A stretch of 64,000 nucleotides of DNA from Octopus vulgaris (taxonomy: Eukaryota). A program made the position numbers and the translations under genes. The notes beneath the pieces were generated by a model. It saw nothing but the letters and a program-made list of their open reading frames with translations, had not been told where the DNA came from and made no database searches. How positions within the stretch are numbered: the first letter of the stretch is position 1; the number at the start of each line of letters is the position of its first letter. This document shows, piece after piece, positions 26,989 through 39,254 of this stretch. The stretch lies in NCBI GenBank assembly GCA_951406725.2, contig OX597816.1, positions 46,500,001-46,564,000 of the forward strand. The letters run 5' to 3'.

Positions 26989-27724
26989 TTCTGTTTTGTT
27001 TTCTCATTAATAAAGAGGCAGGAGCCGAAATTTCATTAATAGTTTGGGCCTAGTATTTTTGTCAGTTTGAAAACTATTAGGTTGAATGGTGGATTGATAA
27101 TGTCTTGTGGTACTGAGTTGTAGTTCTTTATAGTCTGAGTTTGGTTTTCATAGAGGGTCACTTTATGTTTCATCTTTGTGAGGCTAATAAAATAAATATG
27201 AGTCCAGTATTAGGATTGATACTGTCAGCTGACACTCTTCCAATCAATGTGTGTGTGTGTGTTTGTGTGCATCAGAAAAGCTAATGCAAAGAAACTTGTA
27301 ACTGCAACCCTATAACATAAAATTATTTGTATCTGCTCAACATTTTGTATGGAGTTCTATATATGATAATGTTTATTCATTATCACATATGTACGACATA
27401 TAACTATCTGTTAAACACCCAGACATCACTGTGTGTGTGTGTGTGTGTGTGAAAGCTAGGGTATTTACAATATGAAAGATCAATTATCAATTATGCCTGT
27501 ACCAAATCCACTAACAAAGCTTTAATTTGCCCACGGATATAGTAGGAGATACTTGCCCAAGGTGTCATACAGTTGAACTGATTCTGGAGCCATTTGGTCA
27601 GAAAGCAGACTTCTCAATTACACATGTGCCTGGTGGTTATAAATACATTTATTTATAAATATAATATTGATCTCAAATTTTGGCACAAGGCCTACAATTT
27701 CAAGGGAGGAGGTTAATTGATTAC

Positions 27725-28162
27725 AAAAAGCACCAGCCGAACGTGGCCGATGCCAGCGCCGCCTCGACTGGCTTCTGTGCCAGTGGCACATAAAAAGCAC
27801 CATTTGAACGTGGCCGTTGCCAGCACCACCTTGACTGGCTTCTGTGCCAGTGGCACATAAAAAGCACCATCCGAACGTGGCTGATGCCAGCACCACCTTG
27901 ACTTGCTTCCGTGCCGGTGGCACGTTAAAAGCACCAACTGATCGTGGCCGATGCCAGACTCCCCTGGCACCTGTGCCAGTGGCACGTAAAAAGCACCCAC
28001 TACACTCGCGGAGTGGTTGTTGTTAGGAAGGGCATCCAGCTGTAGAAACACTGCCAGATCAGACTGGAGCCTGGTGCAGCCCCTGGCTTCCCAGACACCG
28101 GTTGAACTGTCCAATCCGTGCTAGCATGGAAAACGGACGTTAAACGATGATGATGATGATGA
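27725..28162 (+). mobile_element. Retroposon family C with ~60-bp internal tandem repeats and (GAT)n tail
   Basis: AAAAGCACC...GTGGCAC unit repeated at least 4 times; 3' GGAAAACGGACGTTAAACGATGATGAT. Confidence 0.82.
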
Positions 28163-28643
28163 TTGACCCCAGTGTTCAACTGGTACTTATTTTATTGACC
28201 CCAAAAGGACGAAAGGCAAATTTGGCAGAATTCGAACTCAGAACGTAAAGACAGATTAAATGCTGCTGAACATTTTACCTGGCATGCTAGTAATTCTGCC
28301 AATTTGCCCCTTATTTATAAATATATTAAAAATATATGCTATAGCTTCTGGATATTAAAACATATCATATGTGGCTCTTCTTATCAAACAACTTGGCCAT
28401 TCTTGATATATATGACCAGTTCATTTCTGCTCTTGTCCAACTGCTACAAGAAATTTTCTGTGAGTTGTACTAACACTTGTCTTTTGTCTTTCATCAAATT
28501 GTTTTTAAGCTCACAAGCAGCAATTCAACAAACTCCTTGTTTGAATAATTTAAGAAATTGTGATAATATTTTATTTTTATCTAAATAGCAACATTTTTTT
28601 ATAAAATAGGATGCAAATTTTAATTGTAAACTAATATATATAA

Positions 28644-28711
<68 letters not shown>

Positions 28712-28789
28712 GGATAAGACCATTATTTAAATATCGAACTTGTCAAGTGGCCAGCATGGGAATAAAAACCTTAGATACCCTAAATTATA

Positions 28790-28829
<40 letters not shown>

Positions 28830-29555
28830 ATACAAAGAAAGAAGTGAATAAATAAAATGGCATGCACACGATTTCCATTATAAATGGATACTGATGTTCT
28901 CATCTAACAGTTTTGGGGGTTTACCCAAAACTTTTAGGCAATACTTTGGGTGGTTGAAATGTTGAAGTGGGGAACAGCAAAATACTTTCATGAGTATCCT
29001 CTGACACTTAGATGAGATGGGACACCAACGATGTCAAAAACTTCTTTGTCAGCATTTCAGCTCCTACAAAAGTCTTATATTCCACAGGTCAAAAAATCTA
29101 ATTCCCCAAGGAATTACTATATTTCAGTATCTTATACCATTCAGCCATTGATGCAGTAACCTCCAATTCCACAACATTTAAAAAATGACAGAAACATTTG
29201 ATACAGACACCAAATAATACAACGATTTTAATTTTCCGTTGTTGGTCTAATTGGTTCAATTATGGATAATTACTGTGGCTTGTTAGATAACAATGCAGTA
29301 ATTATTGATAATTCATTTCCCTTCTAATGACTAATCAAGTAACAAACCATCTATGCACATAAATTGTTAGTCATTTCAAATTTAAAGTGTAATGAACTCA
29401 ATACCAAATATCAAGTTAACAATATGGTTTCCTTTCAATGATTTTAGTAACTGGGCTCTGGCCATAGCAGGGCAACACTGACTTAGAGAGTTTTAGTCTC
29501 TTATACCAAGTTCAGCATACAGCCTGGCAATCATTTTAATTAGCTCTATGTATTA

Positions 29556-29945
29556 CTAGCAGTATAGCCTGGTATTGCTTGGGTTTGTTTCGATCCTTTA
29601 GAATTGGAATTTTTGAAAAGTAAAAATTTTGCATTATGTAGTTTGTTATTCTTTTTAAGCGAACATTTTTCTGGTTGAAATACACCGAAAAATGGCAACA
29701 CAGCAGTAAAAAAATCGTAAAAAATAGGGATTTTTCATAGATAAAAAGCACCTTGTTGATGTAAATAATTTTTTGCCTTAACATGGTCCGATTTGAATTT
29801 TGTCTTCTACAGAGTGAAGAACAAGCCTTCTTCTATCATACTCTCAATTTTGATCAACTTGCGCTGCAGGGTCTTGGAGGAGATAGTGTTAGTTGAAGGC
29901 TACCAAACCTGCCACACACACACAGACAACCTCAGCTTTATATAT
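29556..29945 (-). mobile_element. Non-autonomous Helitron (older)
   Basis: Degenerate copy of the same 3' end (CTAGCAGTATAGCCTGGTATTGCTTGGG) and a similar 5' end (CACACAGACAACCTCAGCTTTATATA). Confidence 0.65.
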
Positions 29946-30210
29946 ATATGTATATATATATATATATGTGACTGCATTTACATTGAGTTAAGTAGTTTTT
30001 AGGGACTTACCTTCCTTTAGGGAGTCAATTCTACAAAGAATGCATACCAATCTACACCAGTATACATAAATACAAACATGGATGCATACACACATACAGA
30101 CACATAGAAAGACATACATGCACATATATACATATGTAGACATATGCATACAAATGTATGTACATACATAGATACATATTCAAAAATGTCTTTTAAAACT
30201 TTTCCTGATA

Positions 30211-30625
30211 CATCATCATCATCATCATCATCATCGTTTAACGTCCGTTCTCCATGCTAGCATGGGTTGGATGGTTCGACCGGGGATCTGGGAAGCCAGA
30301 AGGCTGCACCAGGCTCCGGTCTTATCTGGCAATGTTTCTACAGCTGGATGTCCTTCCTAACGCCAACCACTCCGTGAGTGTAGTGGGTGCTTTTTACGTG
30401 CCACCTGCACTGGTGCCAGGCGAGGCTGGCATCGGCCACGGTCGGATTGGTGCATTTTACGTGCCACCTGCACGGAAGCCAGTCGAGGCGGCACTGGCTT
30501 CAACCACGATTTGGATGGTGCTTTTTACGTGCCACTGACACGGAAGCCAGTCGAGGCGGCGCTGGCATCGGCCACAATTCGGATAGTGCTTTTTACGTAT
30601 CTCCAGTCCAGGGGTCCTGGCATCT
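30211..30625 (-). mobile_element. Retroposon family C
   Basis: (CAT)n on the plus strand followed by homology to 27725-28162. Confidence 0.82.
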
Positions 30626-30791
30626 GTTATAATATTTGAAAAAAGATTTTCTTAACTTAAAAATTATCTATTTTGTATATAAAAAAGGCTTTAAAAAATG
30701 CAAATTATCACAGACATCATGGAAAGTAGTTTTGTGTAAACGCTTTTAGCTGTTTTCAGCTTTTCAAACAAACATTATAAGATAATATGTA

Positions 30792-31590
30792 TTCTTTTAT
30801 TCTTTTACTTGTTTCAGTCATTTGAGTGCGGCCATGCTAGAGCACTGCCTTAAAAGGTTTTAGTTGAAGAAATTGACCCCAAGAGTTATTCTTTGTAAGC
30901 CTAGTACTTGCTCTCTCAGCCTCTTTTGCTGAACCACTAAGTTACAGGGATGTAAATACACCAACATCGATTTGTCAAGCGATTGTGGAGGGACAAACAC
31001 AGACACAAAGACACACATGAATATATAAATATATACATACATACATATATATATATATAATAATAATATTAGGGAGTATATCCAAATTTACAGGGAAAAA
31101 TTGGATTTACGATTAAATCAAATTTTACAGTATAAATATAAATTAAATTAGAGATAAAACCACTATTAGGCAAATCAAACAGTGAAAAACATAAACCAAA
31201 ACATAAAAATAAATATAATTAATATAATATACAAAATAAATAAAATACAAGGTTTAAAATTTAAAATTTATATTTATAAATTTTTATATTTTTATATTTT
31301 TAGATTTATAAATTTTTAAACTTTTAATTTTTTAATTAATTATTATTTTTTTTTATACTATCAAAAAGTATTAAAAAGTTTAATATAATATTGCCTAATA
31401 GTGGTTTTATCTCTAATTTATATATATACATACATACACACAATGGGCTTCTTTCGGGTTCTGTCTATCAAATCCACTCACAAGGCTTGAAGCTATAGTA
31501 GAAGACACTAGTGCAAGATTCCACACAGTGGGACTGAACATGAAACCATGTGGTTGGGAAGCAAGCTTCTTACCACACAGTCACACTGTA
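30792..31590 (-). mobile_element. SINE family A with AT-rich insertion (~31040-31420)
   Basis: Tail and head flank an insert with inverted repeat AAATTAGAGATAAAACCACTATTAGGCAA / TTGCCTAATAGTGGTTTTATCTCTAATTT. Confidence 0.75.
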
Positions 31591-32251
31591 TAAAAGCATT
31601 TGTTTTTAGTGGTGGTTTTCATTATTTCCTATTTAGATTTACAATTATTATAAAGTACTCTTCTTTTGCCTTTTATGATTGATCAATTCCTGTCTTTATT
31701 TTGAAAAAAGGGAATACTTTGAATTTGTATGTTCCCCATTCCCAATGTGTGTTGAGGGGATGTCCTAGTATATCCACCACCATCTCTCTTGCATGCCCAT
31801 CGCTAAGGAGATGCACTGGCAGGACTACTCCCTCACTATTCATTCATGCACACACATGTTCACTCTACCTTAGCATTAATTACAAATTAGTGCCTAAACA
31901 GAATATTCTGAAGCACCCCACCAAAGTCTGGTGATGGCCCTATTCTCTTGCTGTAATCAAATGAAATTCTGAATGTTATGGTATTTAAATTGGACTATGA
32001 AATAATACACAATAAACCTAATTATTTTCATTGAATTCAAAATGTAAAAAGATGTAAACAAAAACAAGTCATTCCATTTATTGTGTCATCAACTGTTTTA
32101 ATAAGGGTTTCAAATTTTGGCAGTGGGTCAGCAGTCTTTTTAGGGGAGAAAGAAGTTGATTATATCAACCCTGGTACTTTACTGGTACTTATTTTATTGA
32201 CCTCCAAATGGGCGAAAGGCAAAGACAACCTCAGTGGAATTTGAACTCAGG

Positions 32252-33367
32252 AATGGACAAACTTGTTAATATGACTGGTATGTCCTGGAGTTCCTGGCTG
32301 TGAATTTTGAGCAAGGAATTGTGAATGAAAAGCATTGTAGCAAAATTTGTGTGTTACCTGCACGTGGAAGATCAAAAGCAGTCACAACTGAATGCATATC
32401 ATGAACTGAAAGAACAGTTGGAAAGTGATCCAGACTTTTCTTCAAAGGTCATCACTAGAGACAAAAGCTGCTGCTACAGCTACAACCTGGAAAGATGGTT
32501 GCAATCAAGTCAATGGAAACAATGTAAGTCATTAAGGCGGTGATCTGGCAGAAACGTTAGCATGCCGGGCGAAATAGTGGTATTTCGTCTGCCGCTACGT
32601 TCTGAGTTCAAATTCCGCCAAGGTCAACTTTGCCTTTCATCCTTTCAGGGTCGATGAATTAAGTACCAGTTATGCACTGGGGTCAATGTAATCGACTTAA
32701 TCTCTTTGTCTGCCCTTGTTTGTCCCCTCTGTGTTTAGCCCCTTGTGGGCAATAAAGAAATAGGAAACATTCAATGTCATCACACTCCCAAAGGTGTGTC
32801 AAGTGAAATCCAATGTCAAGACTATGCTGGTTTGTTTGATCAATGCGAAAGGAATTGTTCACACAGAATTTGTTCCTCCTGGTCAAACTGTTAACCAGCC
32901 ATTTTACTTGGTAGTTCTGAAGTGTTTGTGAGATGCAGTAAGATGAAAACACCACAACCTGCAACAAAGTGGAGAGTGGTGGTTTCATCACAATAGTGTA
33001 CCTGCACACACTGCCTTGAGTGTGAGACAGTTTTTGACCAAAAATGACATGACCCCCATTTACCCACCATCCCTATTCATCCAATCTTACTCCTTGTGAC
33101 ATTTTTGTGTTCCCCTGAATGAAAAACGTCTTTAAAGGAAAACGTTTTGGAGATGTGGAAGAGGTCAAGAAAAATAATGACAGAGGTGTTAAAAGGCATC
33201 ACTTTGCAAGCATTGCAGGACTGCTTTGAACAGTGGAAAACACACCTGGTCTGATGCATTGCTTCAAATGGAGAATACTTTGAAGGTGATAAAAGTATAA
33301 ACATGTAAGGCTAAATGAATAAAATAATATTGCAAAATTCCAGTTTCTTTTGGGTACCCCCTTTTAT
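32252..33367 (+). pseudogene. Decayed mariner (Tc1/mariner) transposase, interrupted by a SINE at ~32534-32763
   Basis: Translated fragments AKFV...DPDFSSKVITRDKSCCYSYN...QSSQWK; GIVHTEFVPPGQTVNQPFY; WWFHHNSVPAHTALSVRQFL; TPCDIFVFP; KGKRFGDVEEVK; CIASNGEYFEGD. Multiple stops and frameshifts. Confidence 0.9.
32534..32763 (+). mobile_element. SINE family B inserted in the mariner remnant
   Basis: Homology to family B; GGAAACA duplicated at the flanks. Confidence 0.88.
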
Positions 33368-34627
33368 AATATTCTTAAATGGATGCAAAGGCAGATAATG
33401 AGACTAGACAGAAAAAAAAAAACAAGAAAATTTATACACCAACCAAAATTTGACATAGAAAGATTATAGTTACCATAAATACAGGGAGATAAGCTGGGTT
33501 GCCTTAAAAGTTTTTTAGACCCTTGTCAGGCATACACACACGATGTACCAGGACCGCTATGTGTATTTACTGAAAGCAAGTTACAGCATATATAGAGTAG
33601 CACTGGGTTCTTGAACCAGTGAAGGCCATAGGTAATTACCCAGGGTACCCATGGCTTAAGATGGTTCTTGAGGTAGGAGTTTTATACAACTAGGAATCTA
33701 TAATAAAATAACTATTGTAGGACTACAAAAATATCTTATAAAGAACAAATTGAAAACTAATATAAAAAGCTACAAAACATAATCAAAATAAAAATTATGC
33801 TTTCTTTCTTCAAGGAAGTGAAGAAATATGATAAAATAAAGAAGTTGAAGTGACAGATACTTGTAAAGAGAAAGGAGAAACAGCAATAGAAATGCTGGAA
33901 AATGATAGAAACTAATCCAAAAATAGGGATACAGATGGCCATACTAAAACAATATGAACAATATGAAAAGCTCCAACATGATTATTATCAGAGTGGAAAT
34001 AGACAAAGAAAAAAAATATTCTAAGCACTGATTGAGAAGCACAGAGCTCATCTGACTTGGCTTTGATCAAAACTTTCTCACACGTAACTATTGAAACTAT
34101 GCAATGAAGCAGAATACATTAAGTATAGAAATATGTGGTGTGTGGGAAGAAACATTTCAGTACCTTATTTCTAGTTATTCAGTCTTAGATAAGAAACAAT
34201 AACATCTACAGGTACAATTGTCGTTGGGTCCCTTGTACACTGGAAATTATGCTAGCATTATGAAATGCCGACAAAAATACAGTAGTCTAAACATTCTCAA
34301 AAGAAGGTCTACAAAGCAACCACACTCCTAGATGTACAAATTTTCTCACATATACAGAGGAAGATCGAAGCCAAATGGCCAGGTATTGTTGTAAAGGTTC
34401 ACCTTGAAAAGATGTGCCACCTGTCAGAAGTACTATCACCAATGTATGATGGTCTCTGAAGGAAATGGAAAAATTATCAAAATATAAAGATATAGAAATA
34501 GAGATGACCAGAATATTGGAACCAAAAACAGAAACAGTGCCTATAATGGTTTCAAATTTTGGCAAAAGGCCAGCAATTTTAGTGGGAGTAGCTTAGTCAG
34601 TTATATCGACCTCACTACTAGACTAAA

Positions 34628-34861
34628 AGGCGGCGAGCTGGCAGAAACGTTAGCACGCCGGGCAAAATGCTTAGTGGTATTTCGTCTGCGTTACATTGTG
34701 AGTTCAAATTCCGCCAAGGTCGACTTTCCCTTTCATCCTTTCGGGGTCGATAAATTAAGTACCAGTTACGCACTGGGGTCGATGTAATCGACTTAATACC
34801 TATGTCTGTCCTTGTTTGTCCCCTCTGTGTTTAGCCCCTTGTGGGTAATAAAGAAATAGGT
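34628..34861 (+). mobile_element. SINE family B (young) nested in an older minus-strand family B copy
   Basis: Homology to family B; host split at ~34545-34625 and ~34862-34993. Confidence 0.85.
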
Positions 34862-36502
34862 ATTTTATTTTATCAACCGCAAAAGGATAACAGGTAAAGT
34901 TGGTTACAGAGGGATTTGAACTCACAATGTAAAGAGAGGAAAGATATGCAGCAAAGCATTTTGTCTGGTATGGTAATGATTTTGCCAGCTCCCTACAGGT
35001 GAGATGAGGTGTGGGGCATGTGCCGTTGCATTGCGTTGCTCTATTCATCATTTCTCGGTATATTCCCAGGTCCTCCTAGGCAATCTGTTGAGCAGAGTCC
35101 TCATCAGTCCCCATTTCTGTGAGATATCACCTCATCTGTTGTGACCATGGGATTCCCATCCATTCACCAGCAATTCTTATAATAGGAGATCCCTTCGGAA
35201 TATCTAATGAAATCCCAAGGACTTACCAAAAGATAACAGTTCTCACACATATTATGCAGAGTACATTCAATACAACAGAAAATATAAAACCAAAACAATA
35301 CACTGTTGCTCATAACTAAAGTGAACAAAGCAGTACTTTATTGTGAAGTGAAAGCATGCAATAAAAATAAAACTACAGATGAATATTAACATAAACATAA
35401 GACCACTTACTGGTTTTGTGAGAAATCACAATTGGTTAATCTTTTACTGAATATACATTACATTACAATTGTCAAAATAACTTTCACATATATTTTGCTG
35501 TTTTGTATTATTCATTTTTCCCATAAGTGGTTAAATAGATGCAAAAATTGTGTTTATATATGTTTTCTTTTAAATCTATCTTCTCAGGTTGGCATGAGTC
35601 ATTACAACTCAAGAAATCAAAATACATCTTTGTTATTTGTACTTTGCGCAAAGTGTCCAATGGCTCATTATTGACCATAAATACAAAGAATTTTATTATA
35701 TTATCATTTCTTTTTGTTCTGTAATTTCGTTCAGACATGGCTGTCAGATTAAGAAGTTTGCCTTGCAACCATGGAGTGTGGGGTTCAATCTGAGGGAAGG
35801 CCTTACTCTCTTAGGTTTTGAATTGTCATTGATGCTTCTGTACCTTTGCTTTTTTCTAGGCAAATCCATTTTTACGCCTGGGAAGAAGTGATCCATATTA
35901 GTCAGGCCTCTGGTCTCTGTCCTGTGATTAATCCAGCACAGGAGGCCTTAGAAAGAGCTCACACTCTGCTGGCATAGCTCTCAGTATCACTGAGGTATAC
36001 ATGTCACCACATCTTAACAAAAACTGAATTTTGTGGTGGTTTCATCCTTTCATGGCCAATAAATAAAATAACAATCAAACACATGGACTGATTCTTCTTC
36101 TCATCTCTTCCCCTCTATCCCACTAACAAAATAATTTTCAGTATTTAGTTATGTACTTTTACACCCTTAATACAAATCCTACAAAGGAGATTTGTCTTTC
36201 AGCCTTCTGCATGAAACAAGGGAGAAAATAAATACCAATCAAATACCAGGGTACAGTTTTGATTGCTTCTTTTCTTCTCAAATGTGTGTTGTGCATTTGT
36301 TAGAACTCAATGTTTAAGTAATACTTACATGAAGATATGGCTGCATGGTCAGGAGGTTTGCTTCCCAACTACATGGTCTTGACTTCAGTCCTATGGTGTG
36401 GCAGCCTAGCGAAGTGTCTTCAGTTATAACCCCAGGCAAACTAAAACCTTGTGATTGGGTCTGGTAAACAGAAACTGAAAGAAGCTTGCTACACACACAC
36501 AT

Positions 36503-36661
36503 TATTTTAGTTGAGTCAGTCTCTTGCCACTCTGAGTTTCACCTGTGTATGCACAGGATCTTCTGACATATTATGTCTTGCCTAATGTCATCACTTACCT
36601 GAAGATTCTCTACATCTACTGGTTAAACTCAGAGTAGCAAGAGACTGACTCAACCAAAATA
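36503..36661. mobile_element. Small hairpin MITE
   Basis: ~55-bp imperfect arms TATTTTAGTTGAGTCAGTCTCTTGCCACTCTGAGTTT / AAACTCAGAGTAGCAAGAGACTGACTCAACCAAAATA. Confidence 0.7.
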
Positions 36662-36965
36662 TAACATATTACTAATCTCTACTAAGATGGTGAGCTAGCA
36701 GAATCATTAGCACATAGCACAAAATGCTTAATGGTATTTCATCCATCAATATGTTCTGAGTTCAAATTCTGCCAAAGTCGGCTTTGCCTTTCATCCTTTC
36801 AGGGACAATAAAATAAATAATAGTCAAGCACTTGGGACAATGTAATTGACTTATCCTTTCCCCTCAAAAATTGTTGGCACAGTGCAAAAAATTTGAAACC
36901 ATTATTAATCTTTACTATGCTATTTTGTAATTATTTTCTGACTGTCAATACTAAATGAATATATG

Positions 36966-37009
<44 letters not shown>

Positions 37010-37134
37010 ATCACAATCAAGGAATGGCCATAATAGGCCATTCACCCACTAGAAATAACAGCCAAAGCTTCAACCGCAAAATAACATTAATTCCGCAAAC
37101 CAGGAGAAAATTAAAAAAAACATTTACCCTGTAA

Positions 37135-37239
37135 TTTCTTATACGATGCACCGTTTCATCTATTGTTTAATGGTAAACTAACCTGATTAAATTAAATCAA
37201 GCCAATCTTCCATAGGCCGATAGATTCGTCAGTAAGAAA
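37135..37239 (-). ncRNA. Type I hammerhead ribozyme
   Basis: Reverse complement of the same motif (plus strand reads TTTCTTATACGATGCACCGTTTCATCTAT...ATAGATTCGTCAGTAAGAAA). Confidence 0.87.
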
Positions 37240-37617
37240 CAGCCAGATCCGAGTAGATATTATCACGAGGCACCTCTATCCCTGCCTCGGCAATATCTGA
37301 CCTAAAATTTTCAAATCATCGCACTCGCGCAAATTTATCGGCAGCAAATATAAGCCGCCGATTCCATTACGGAATTAACCAGAAAATTCATAATTAATCA
37401 ATATAGGGTGGCAAAAAATTTCGTAGAATTTATTTGCCACCAGCGGCCTAGTGGGAAAAAATTAAATAGTCATAGACCATTTATAAGTTCAACATCACAA
37501 TCAAGGAATGGCCATAATAGGCCATTCACCCACTAGAAATAACAGCCAAAGCTTCAACCGCAAAATAACATTAATTCCGCAAACCAGGAGAAAATAAAAA
37601 AAACATTTACCCTGTAA

Positions 37618-37722
37618 TTTCTTATACGATGCACCGTTTCATCTATTGTTTAATGGTAAACTAACCTGATTAAATTAAATCAAGCCAATCTTCCATAGGC
37701 CGATAGATTCGTCAGTAAGAAA
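37618..37722 (-). ncRNA. Type I hammerhead ribozyme
   Basis: Second minus-strand copy, 483 bp from the first. Confidence 0.87.
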
Positions 37723-38114
37723 CAGCCAGATCCAAGTAGATATTATCACGAGGCACCTCTATCCCTGCCTCGGCAATATCTGACCTAAAATTTTCAAATC
37801 ATTTTTTAAAATTTTCTCTGGTTTGCGGAATTAATGTTATTTTGCGGTTGAAGCTTTGCTGTTATTTCTAGTGGGTGAATGGCCTATTATGGCCATTCCT
37901 TGATTGTGATGTTGAACTTATAAATGGTCTATGATATTTAATGGTAAACAGAATTTTTTGCCACCCTGATTAAATTCATAGACCATTTATAAGTTCAACA
38001 TCACATCAGGAATGCCATAATAGGCCATTCACCCACTAGAAATAAAGCAAGCTAACCGCAAAATAACATTAATTCCGCAAACCAGGAGAAAATAAAAAAA
38101 CATTTACCCTGTAA

Positions 38115-38219
38115 TTTCTTATACGATGCACCGTTTCATCTATTGTTTAATGGTAAACTAACCTGATTAAATTAAATCAAGCCAATCTTCCATAGGCCGA
38201 TAGATTCGTCAGTAAGAAA
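38115..38219 (-). ncRNA. Type I hammerhead ribozyme
   Basis: Third minus-strand copy with intact core and stems. The adjacent 37940-38070 sequence is indel-rich. Confidence 0.8.
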
Positions 38220-38664
38220 CAGCCAGATCCAAGTAGATATTATCATGAGGCACCTCTATCCCTGCCTCGGCAATATCTGACCTAAAATTTTCAAATCATT
38301 TTTTAAAATTTTCTCCTGGTTTGCGGAATTAATGTTATTTTGCGGTTGAAGCTTTGGCTGTTATTTCTAGTGGGTGAATGGCCTATTATGGCCATTCCTT
38401 GATTGTGATGTTGAACTTATAAATGGTCTATGACTATTTAATTTTTTCCCACTAGGCCGCTGGTGGCAAATAAATTCTACGAAATTTTTTGCCACCCTAT
38501 ATTGATTAATTATGAATTTTCTGGTTAATTCCGTAATGGAATCGGCGGCTTATATTTGCTGCCGATAAATTTGGCGCGAGTGCGATGATTTGAAAATTTT
38601 AGGTCAGATATTGCCGAGGCAGGGATAGAGGTGCCTCGTGATAATATCTGCTCGGATCTGGCTG

Positions 38665-38769
38665 TTTCTTACTGACGAATCTATCGGCCTATGGAAGATT
38701 GGCTTGATTTAATTTAATCAGGTTAGTTTACCATTAAACAATAGATGAAACGGTGCATCGTATAAGAAA
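38665..38769 (+). ncRNA. Type I hammerhead ribozyme
   Basis: Stem I TTTCTTA (38665-71); CTGACGA core (38672-78); stem II ATCTAT...ATAGAT (38679-84/38741-46); GAAA (38747-50); stem III CGGTGCATCG; TA; stem I' TAAGAAA (38763-69). Predicted cleavage at GUA after 38762. Confidence 0.88.
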
Positions 38770-39149
38770 TTACAGGGTAAATGTTTTTTTTAATTTTCTC
38801 CTGGTTTGCGGAATTAATGTTATTTTGCGGTTGAAGCTTTGGCTGTTATTTCTAGTGGGTGAATGGCCTATTATGGCCATTCCTTGATTGTGATGTTGAA
38901 CTTATAAATGGTCTATGACTATTTAATTTTTTCCCACTAGGCCGCTGGTGGCAAATAAATTCTACGAAATTTTTTGCCACCCTATATTGATTAATTATGA
39001 ATTTTCTGGTTAATTCCGTAATGGAATCGGCGGCTTATATTTGCTGCCGATAAATTTGGCGCGAGTGCGATGATTTGAAAATTTTAGGTCAGATATTGCC
39101 GAGGCAGGGATAGAGGTGCCTCGTGATAATATCTGCTCGGATCTGGCTG

Positions 39150-39254
39150 TTTCTTACTGACGAATCTATCGGCCTATGGAAGATTGGCTTGATTTAATTT
39201 AATCAGGTTAGTTTACCATTAAACAATAGATGAAACGGTGCATCGTATAAGAAA
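39150..39254 (+). ncRNA. Type I hammerhead ribozyme
   Basis: Same motif as 38665-38769: CTGACGA at 39157-63, GAAA at 39232-35, predicted cleavage after 39247 (485 nt from the previous site). Confidence 0.88.

Noticed and set aside
27725-27990. CRISPR-like repeat/spacer periodicity (~60 bp)
   Set aside because: Whole units are homologous, lie within a retroposon with a (GAT)n tail, are in eukaryotic context, and no cas genes are present.
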